From: Candidatus Micrarchaeota archaeon
GTDB taxonomy: Archaea > Micrarchaeota > Micrarchaeia > Micrarchaeales > CABMGC01
Reading direction: 5' to 3'
Length of the DNA stretch: 50,767 nucleotides
Assembly: GCA_027328425.1 (NCBI GenBank)
Contig: DAHVUT010000026.1
Span: forward strand, 1 to 50,767
In this document: positions 44,581 through 50,767 of the stretch, one piece after another
How positions within the stretch are numbered: the stretch's first letter is position 1
Layout: each line of letters opens with the position of its first letter
Translations under genes and position numbers: made by a program
Notes under the pieces: model-generated
Seen by the model: the letters and a program-made list of their open reading frames with translations, nothing else
The model's database searches: none
What the model was told of the DNA's origin: nothing

Positions 44581-47500
44581 TTATTGCTTTCCTACGCTGC
44601 CTGCGCTGGGCACGCCTGTGACCTCGATGCCGTACACCTTGGAGTCGCCGGCGCTCTTTGCCACGCCTATGGCGGCGTCCGCGCTCACTATGAGGGTGTC
44701 GTTATGGCTCACCACTATGAACTGCGCATTGCCGCTCATCTGCTTTATGAGCTGCGACAGCCTCTTAGAGTTCTCCTTGTCCAGCGCCGTGTCTATCTCG
44801 TCGAATAGGTATATCGAAGACGGTTTGCACATGTGTATCGAGAACAGCAGCATCATCGACAGCAGCGACTTCTGCCCGCCGCTCATCCCCCTCTGCCTGC
44901 CCACGAAGTTGTCGTCCTCTATGCTTATCACCATGCCCGACTCGAGCGGGTTCCCGTGGTCCTCGAGCGCGAGCGTGGCCTTGCCAGGATATATGTAGTT
45001 GTAGAGCCTGCTGAAGTTCTTGTTAACTTCGTTGAACGTAGTCATGAACGCACTCATCTTCTTCGCCTCTATCTCCTCCATCATCGCGAGCACGGCGTGC
45101 CTCTCAGACTCGAGCGTGTCGAGCTTCTCCTTCGCTTCCCTCACGCTCCTCGCCTTCTCCTCGTACGCCTCCGGCGCCTTGAGGTTCACGTTGCCCAGCG
45201 CCTCCACCTTCGCGGCCGCCTGCGACGCCTCCCTCTCCAGCTGCTCCGGGTCACCCTCGACAATTTGGCAGTCCGCGCTCGTGTAGGCCGCCAGCTCAGC
45301 CGTCAGATCGTTGAGCCTGGTAGAGCCCTGTCCCTGCTTTACAAGCAGTTCGCTCGACCTCTTCCCCAGGTCGCCGGCGAGCGCCTCAGTGGCTGCGATC
45401 CTGCTCGCTAGCGTTTCCAGCTCCCTGCTTATCGCTTCCTGCTTCTCGAGAGCCTGCTTGCTGCGCTTGCTGCTGCCTAGCATCCTCGCCTCAGTCTCCT
45501 TCTGCAGCACCAGCAGCTCCTCCCTCCTCTTAGCGTCCCTCCCCAGGCCGGCATCAGCCTCTTCCATGAGCTTGCCTTTGGCCTCCAGCTCCCTATTCCT
45601 CTGCGTGATGGAAGCTGCGAGCATGTCGCTCTCCTTCTGCAGCTCGGCCACCTTCACGCTTGCTTCGCGCATCTCGGCGTTAGCGCGCTCCAGCTTCTCG
45701 CGTTCCGCCTTGCCGATGCCCTTGCCCGCCAGTTCGGCGCTCTCCCGCATGCTCTCCTCATAGGCATCGGTGCGCTCCTTCCTGCACTCCTCCAGCTCCT
45801 GGGATGCGGCGGTTATGGCGGCCTGCGCGGCTGCCAGCTCCTCCGCTGCCCTTGCGCTCTCGCTCACTGCCGAAGCCTGCTCCGCCTTCAGCGCCTCCAG
45901 TTTTGCGGAGACGCCCCTGCACACGGAATTGTGCTCGTTCACTAGAGCCGAGTATGAAGCAGAATGCATCTCAGCCTCGGCCGCACGGCTCCTAAGCGCG
46001 AACAGGCTGCTGTCCATCTCCTTAGCGCGCGAGAAGAGCCTGCCCTTCTTCTCCTCCAGTTCCCTTATCCTCCTCTCGACAGAGCCCAACGACGACGGCC
46101 TGCTCCTGCTGCCGCCCGAGAGTATGCCCGAGCGTTCTATCAGCTCGCCCTGCGGCGTCACCCACCTGTGCGCGCCTATGCCCGCGCGCTTGGCCGCGTC
46201 TATGCTCTCCACCAGGTATGTGTTGTTGAATACGTAAGAGAAGACGCTGTCGAATTTGTCATCGTAGTCAAGCAGGTCAGAGACGAGCTGAAGGCCCTTG
46301 ACCCCGTTCTCCTGCTCGGCGCGGAGCTCGCGCAACGGTATGAAAGTGGCCCTGCCCAGGTTGTTCGCCCTCAGGTATGAGATCATGCCCTTGGCCGAGT
46401 CGACGGAATCCACTACAAAGTAGTTGAACCTCGAGCCGGCTGCCGCCTCGATGGCCTCAGCGTACTTGTCATCGTAGCTGCAGAGTTCTGAAACAGCGCC
46501 GTAGAAACCATTGGACTTGCCGAACATATCCCTGAGCCTGCCCTGCACCACCTGCTCCCGCGGCTTCGACATGGCGCGCTGCTCCTTAAGGCTTATGAGC
46601 TCCGAGTCGATCGCGCCGAGCTCGTTGCGCAGCCTCTCCGACTCGCCCCCTGCTTCCTGCGCCTCTTTCGAGAGCTTCTGCTTGGCTGCTAGCGCATCAG
46701 CCGCCTTCGCCCCTGCGTCCTCGGCCTGCGCCTTCTCGCCTGCGAGCCTGTCGTTCAGCTCGCGCAGCTCCTTGCCGATTGCCTCCGCCTTCGCTTCGAG
46801 AAGCGTGACCTGTGTCTGCAGCCCCGCAGCAACCTCGCGCTTTGCGGCCAGTGTCTTCTCCCTGCCGACCACAATCCCGTCGAGTTCCCTGACGCGCTTG
46901 CCCATGTCCTCGCGCGCCGGAGCCGCCCTTGCGCCTGATTTCTTCGCCTCGGCTTCCAGTTCCGCCAGCCTGCCCTTGTGCTTGAGCAGGGAGCCCGTGT
47001 TTGCCTCTATCCGCTTCTGCATCGAGTCGAGTTCCGAGCGCACCGCAGCCATCTCTTCTCCCAGCTTCTTCGACGCACTCTTCCAGTTGCCTATCCTCAC
47101 GTCCAGCGCGCTCAGCTCGTTGCCTATCTCGGTGAACTTCCTGTTCGTGCTGTCGGCAGCGTTCGAGTGCTCTGTCAGGAGCTGCAGGAGTTCCTTCCTC
47201 TCGCCCTCCAGCTTCTGCGTCTTGCCCAAAAGCTCGCCCAGCTTCGCCGACAATCCTGCCTTGTCGGCCTCGATCCTCTCTATTTCCTTGGCGTAGGAGG
47301 CGCTGGCTAGCTCCGCCGCCTTCTTCCTGCCAACGAGTATGCTGTACTGCAGCGAGGCGCGCCTCTTCACGAGCTGCGCATAGCTCTCCGCAGCCGCCTT
47401 CTCCTTTGCGAGCTCGTTCAGGAACACGAGTCTCTCGTCGAGCATCGCCTGCGCCGCCGCCATCCGCGCCGCCACCTTGTCCAGCTCTGTCATCGCCTCC

Positions 47501-48003
47501 GCCTTCTTGGAGTCGAACTCCTGTATGCCTGCAGCTACGTCTATGAACTCCCTGCGCTGCTTCGCGTTGGCCTCTATTATCTTGTTGATCTCACCCTGCG
47601 CTATGGTGCTCGTCTCGTCCACGTGCACCCCGTGGCTCTTCATGACCTCGAGCACCTCCTGTCGAGTCATGCGCTTGCCGTTGAGCTTGTAGAGCGTCTT
47701 GCCATCCGCACGCACCCACTTCGCCAGCTCGATGTGCGCATCGCCGTCGAGCTCGAGCTTGACTACCGCCTTAGAGTTAGAACCGCTGCCCCTGGCGGAG
47801 GCCTCTCTTATCAGGTACTGCAGCCTGTCCACGCGGAGCCTCCTGAGCGACGTCTCGCCCAGGCAGAACAGCAGCGCGTCCACTATGTTGCTCTTTCCCG
47901 AGCCGTTCGGCCCCACCACGCAGTTGAATCCTTTGTTGAAAAGCAGGTCTACGTGCTTGAACGACTTGAACCTACCTATGCTCGCGGATCGTATATGGAG
48001 CAC
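44581..48003 (-). CDS. smc: chromosome segregation protein SMC
   Basis: FKSF, GPNGSGKSN, coiled coils, hinge GRATFIPL, LGNVN, MSGGQKS, FDEIDTALD, QFIVVSH. Confidence 0.97.
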   Translation of the reverse strand: MLHIRSASIGRFKSFKHVDLLFNKGFNCVVGPNGSGKSNIVDALLFCLGETSLRRLRVDRLQYLIREASARGSGSNSKAVVKLELDGDAHIELAKWVRADGKTLYKLNGKRMTRQEVLEVMKSHGVHVDETSTIAQGEINKIIEANAKQRREFIDVAAGIQEFDSKKAEAMTELDKVAARMAAAQAMLDERLVFLNELAKEKAAAESYAQLVKRRASLQYSILVGRKKAAELASASYAKEIERIEADKAGLSAKLGELLGKTQKLEGERKELLQLLTEHSNAADSTNRKFTEIGNELSALDVRIGNWKSASKKLGEEMAAVRSELDSMQKRIEANTGSLLKHKGRLAELEAEAKKSGARAAPAREDMGKRVRELDGIVVGREKTLAAKREVAAGLQTQVTLLEAKAEAIGKELRELNDRLAGEKAQAEDAGAKAADALAAKQKLSKEAQEAGGESERLRNELGAIDSELISLKEQRAMSKPREQVVQGRLRDMFGKSNGFYGAVSELCSYDDKYAEAIEAAAGSRFNYFVVDSVDSAKGMISYLRANNLGRATFIPLRELRAEQENGVKGLQLVSDLLDYDDKFDSVFSYVFNNTYLVESIDAAKRAGIGAHRWVTPQGELIERSGILSGGSRSRPSSLGSVERRIRELEEKKGRLFSRAKEMDSSLFALRSRAAEAEMHSASYSALVNEHNSVCRGVSAKLEALKAEQASAVSESARAAEELAAAQAAITAASQELEECRKERTDAYEESMRESAELAGKGIGKAEREKLERANAEMREASVKVAELQKESDMLAASITQRNRELEAKGKLMEEADAGLGRDAKRREELLVLQKETEARMLGSSKRSKQALEKQEAISRELETLASRIAATEALAGDLGKRSSELLVKQGQGSTRLNDLTAELAAYTSADCQIVEGDPEQLEREASQAAAKVEALGNVNLKAPEAYEEKARSVREAKEKLDTLESERHAVLAMMEEIEAKKMSAFMTTFNEVNKNFSRLYNYIYPGKATLALEDHGNPLESGMVISIEDDNFVGRQRGMSGGQKSLLSMMLLFSIHMCKPSSIYLFDEIDTALDKENSKRLSQLIKQMSGNAQFIVVSHNDTLIVSADAAIGVAKSAGDSKVYGIEVTGVPSAGSVGKQ

Positions 48004-48113
48004 TCACACCACTGGTCGCAATACCATTTTGCCATCACAATATTAAAGCCTTCTGCTCGCAGACGATGGAAGCATATTTATTCTTTCCAGTGTACTGTAA
48101 CCTGATGGGGCGC

Positions 48114-49076
48114 ATGAAAACTGAAGTAAAAGCACACACACACACACACAAGCAAGCTAGCAAGCTAGCACGCCATAGCGCCTACTACCGCTCCCAGTCC
48201 GCCATGGAATACCTGATGACCTACGGCTGGGCCATACTGATCATAGCCGTTGTCCTGGGCGCCCTCTTCAGTTTGGGGGTCTTCAACGGCGCGAACTTCG
48301 CCCCGAAGGCGCCGCCCGGCGCCTGCCAGGTCTTCAGGCCAAATGGGCCAGGAACAACAAGCTTTGTAAATCTTGAAGGAGTCTGCAACGGCGAGCTGCC
48401 GGAGTATGTGGCGAGTTTTGAAACCTCGCCAGCATACGTCCTAATAGCCAATGATCCCTACCTTCCCAGCGCCCCGGCCGCAAGCAGGAGCATAATTACA
48501 TGGATTGACCCCACTACCATACCGCACAGCACCAACCCTGACATATTTGGCGGCACGGTTTTTACGATGCCCCCAATAGGCTCGCGCAATCTAGACGTGT
48601 GCGGTGCTTTCAACCTTTTAATAAGTAACTGGAACGCTCTATTCCTTCACAAATGCATCAACGACATAACGAGTGCGGTACACTCGTACGAAAATACGTG
48701 GGAATTTGTCGCTGTAGTGTACAACAACGCCTCTGACACCGTAACATTTTATATAGACAGCCAGGTAAATGTGCAAACAAACAACGGGATGTACCCAGCC
48801 AGCCAAAACTTGACAGCAGGTGGCTGGGATACTAACGCTAACACAATTACCGGCTATATTTCAAACTTTCAGGTCTACAATACCTCACTCTCCCAACCTG
48901 AGATCAATGCACTTTATACCGAAGGCATCGGCGGGGCGCCCATCGACCTGCAGAACCTTGTGGGCTGGTGGCCGCTCAACGGCAATGCAAATGACTACAG
49001 CGGCAACAACAATGACGGCACTGCCTCCAATGTCATATACACAAGCTCGTGGACCTCTGGATATAGTGCGCCTTGA
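48114..49076 (+). CDS. class III signal peptide (pilin-like) LamG/ConA-domain surface protein, in-frame copy
   Basis: RS|QSAMEYLMTYGWAILIIAVVLGAL (Glu at +5); WEFVAVVY, GYISNFQVYNTSLS..EI, LVGWWPLNG..NDYSG LamG-like motifs. Confidence 0.85.
   Translation: MKTEVKAHTHTHKQASKLARHSAYYRSQSAMEYLMTYGWAILIIAVVLGALFSLGVFNGANFAPKAPPGACQVFRPNGPGTTSFVNLEGVCNGELPEYVASFETSPAYVLIANDPYLPSAPAASRSIITWIDPTTIPHSTNPDIFGGTVFTMPPIGSRNLDVCGAFNLLISNWNALFLHKCINDITSAVHSYENTWEFVAVVYNNASDTVTFYIDSQVNVQTNNGMYPASQNLTAGGWDTNANTITGYISNFQVYNTSLSQPEINALYTEGIGGAPIDLQNLVGWWPLNGNANDYSGNNNDGTASNVIYTSSWTSGYSAP
48133..48150 (+). repeat. (CA)9 microsatellite in the signal-peptide coding region
   Basis: Read directly; followed by AGCA-AGCTAGCA-AGCTAGCA. 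Confidence 0.95.
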
Positions 49077-49185
49077 CTGCAAGTTAGATACGCCAAATAT
49101 TTATTGTATATCAAAAAGTAAAGCTTTATTGAATTATATTACTTTATATAGTAAAGCTTTTAAACTTCAATATTTATGAAGTATC

Positions 49186-50478
49186 ATGGAAACCGAAACG
49201 ATAAAAAGGATAATCCAAGACCAGGAAGCAGAAAGGAACAGAATTCTCGCCCAGTCTGATATAATAGATAGGAGCGCAGGCAGGAGGATCGCAGAGCGTG
49301 CACTTGAGCACCCCAATATGTTCATAATATTGGGGATAAGAAGGAGCGGAAAATCCACACTTGTATGGCTCTTGCTTAAAGGAAAATCCTATGCCTACAT
49401 CAACTTCGATGATGAGGCCCTCTACGGAATAAAGTCTACAGACCTAAATACTATTTTAAAGGCGTTCTATGAACTCTACGGAGAAAAGATAGAGTATATA
49501 GCTTTGGATGAAATACAAAACATAGACGGATGGGAACTGTTCGTTAACAGGTTGGCCAGGAGCAAGAAAGTTATAATAACTGGTAGCAATTCTGCGCTGT
49601 TGTCCGGTGAGCTGGCAACACACCTTACGGGCAGGCACTCGGATTTCATTCTGTTCCCCTTCAGTTTCAGGGAATATCTGGAATACAGGAAGACAGATAT
49701 TACCAGAGTAAAGCAGAAACAGTTCTCCACAGAAACTGCGTCTATGATGTCAAGAATGCTCTCTGACTATGCAAAGGTCGGCGGAATGCCAGAAGGGTAC
49801 AAATTCGGAAAGGAGAGGATAAAGACCACATTCGGAGATGTAATAACCAAAGACGTAATAAGAAGACATAATATAAGAAATGCGAAAGCCATTGAGGATC
49901 TTGCAAAGTACTTGGTTTCCAATTTCGCAAAAGAGATAACATACAGCCGCATTCGCAGTGCGGTAGGAATAAACAGGGTGGCCACAGTTAGCATGTATGT
50001 AAGCTACCTTAAAGAGGCATATCTCATCTTTGAACTTTCCCGCTTTTCTTTCAAGCTGAAGATGCAGTCCATAGCCCCGAAGAAAGTATACTGTACCGAT
50101 ACAGCATTTATAAATGCAATAGCATTCACTCTCTCTGACAATGTAGGAAGGCTGATGGAAAACATTGTTGCAACAGAGCTATTCAGACGGAAAAATTACA
50201 GTGATACCGACATGGAGGTATTCTACTGGAAGGATCATTACAATCGTGAAGTTGATTTCGTAGTTAAAAAAGGGAAACGTGTCACAGAACTCCTACAAGT
50301 GACTTATGCGGGTTCTAGAGGTGAGATAAATGAAAGGGAAAAAGAAGCGCTCATGTATGGGGCAAAAAGCCTCAGGTGCAACAACCTTGTTATAATAACC
50401 TGGGACTACGAAGGCGAGATAAGAGAATCGGGCAAAAGGATAAAGTGCATTCCTCTCTGGAAGTGGCTGCTGGGATAG
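49186..50478 (+). CDS. AAA+ ATPase (COG1373 type, AAA_14 + DUF4143)
   Basis: GIRRSGKS, YINFDD, LDEIQ, TGSNS, LTGR, PFSFREY, GGMP, KKVY..D, EN, EVDFV; AT-rich. Confidence 0.9.
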   Translation: METETIKRIIQDQEAERNRILAQSDIIDRSAGRRIAERALEHPNMFIILGIRRSGKSTLVWLLLKGKSYAYINFDDEALYGIKSTDLNTILKAFYELYGEKIEYIALDEIQNIDGWELFVNRLARSKKVIITGSNSALLSGELATHLTGRHSDFILFPFSFREYLEYRKTDITRVKQKQFSTETASMMSRMLSDYAKVGGMPEGYKFGKERIKTTFGDVITKDVIRRHNIRNAKAIEDLAKYLVSNFAKEITYSRIRSAVGINRVATVSMYVSYLKEAYLIFELSRFSFKLKMQSIAPKKVYCTDTAFINAIAFTLSDNVGRLMENIVATELFRRKNYSDTDMEVFYWKDHYNREVDFVVKKGKRVTELLQVTYAGSRGEINEREKEALMYGAKSLRCNNLVIITWDYEGEIRESGKRIKCIPLWKWLLG

Positions 50479-50528
50479 CAATGCGAGGCTATTTATGTTT
50501 TTCTTGGCAGTTTAGCAGTGTGGGCTGC

Positions 50529-50767
50529 ATGGAAGCGGAAAAGTTAACACACACACACACACACACACACAAGCTAGCAAGCTAGCGCGCCATAGCGCCT
50601 ACTGCCGCTCCCAGTCTGCAATGGAGTACCTGATGACCTACGGCTGGGCCATACTGATTATAGCCGTTGTCCTGGGCGCCCTCTTCAGTTTGGGAGTCTT
50701 CAACAGCGCAAACTTCGCCCCGAAGGCGCCGCCGGGCGCCTGCCAGGTCTTCAGGCCGAACGGGCCA
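50529..50767 (+). pseudogene. second pilin-like paralog, frameshifted within a (CA)12 tract (candidate phase-OFF allele); runs off the window
   Basis: ATG 50529 reads MEAEKLTHTHTHTHKLAS* (TAG 50583-85); the pilin frame (ATG 50621) is 92 nt downstream; 50570-50767 matches 48153-48350 with 12 mismatches in 198 nt. Confidence 0.8.
50548..50571 (+). repeat. (CA)12 microsatellite in the signal-peptide coding region
   Basis: Read directly; followed by AGCTAGCA-AGCTAGCG. Confidence 0.95.

Noticed and set aside
3680-48105. Many long antisense or alternate-frame ORFs (e.g. 3680-4765, 11713-12735, 14538-15521, 37004-38035, 38321-39292, 43513-44478)
   Set aside because: Shadows of GC-rich housekeeping genes with strong codon bias; no motifs
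48153-50767. Diversity-generating retroelement TR/VR pair
   Set aside because: Mismatches are mostly synonymous and not confined to adenines of one copy; the repeat is N-terminal; no reverse transcriptase in the window

Overview
Archaeal chromosomal window. Gene content and style suggest a DPANN lineage, most likely Ca. Micrarchaeota; this is an inference, not a database result. The core is housekeeping: sufBDCS with an HTH regulator, DNA ligase, two tandem ftsZ, aIF5A-S24e-S27ae, TrmJ, SepF, Hel308, histone, ThiI, L24e-S28e-L7Ae, L30e-S12-S7-EF2, signal peptidase, SMC, tRNA-Thr(UGU) and a compact RNase P RNA. Accessory parts include a heme O synthase / heme-copper-oxidase-fold / DoxD membrane cluster, an RHH+TnpB IS200/IS605-type element with a MITE nested in its left end and its right end 24 nt from the tRNA, a ~48-bp fused left-end/right-end scar of that IS family, and repeated TGTTTAA-box arrays around an orphan gene. 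The most striking signal is at the right end. Two paralogous class III signal peptide (pilin-like) genes carry a (CA)n microsatellite inside the signal-peptide coding region; the first copy also encodes a LamG-like domain. One copy is in frame with (CA)9 and the other is out of frame with (CA)12. In both, a tandem AGCTAGC(A/G) repeat after the tract places TAG stops in both non-productive frames. This looks like SSR-driven ON/OFF phase variation of surface adhesins. All family calls come from motif recognition by eye, without searches.
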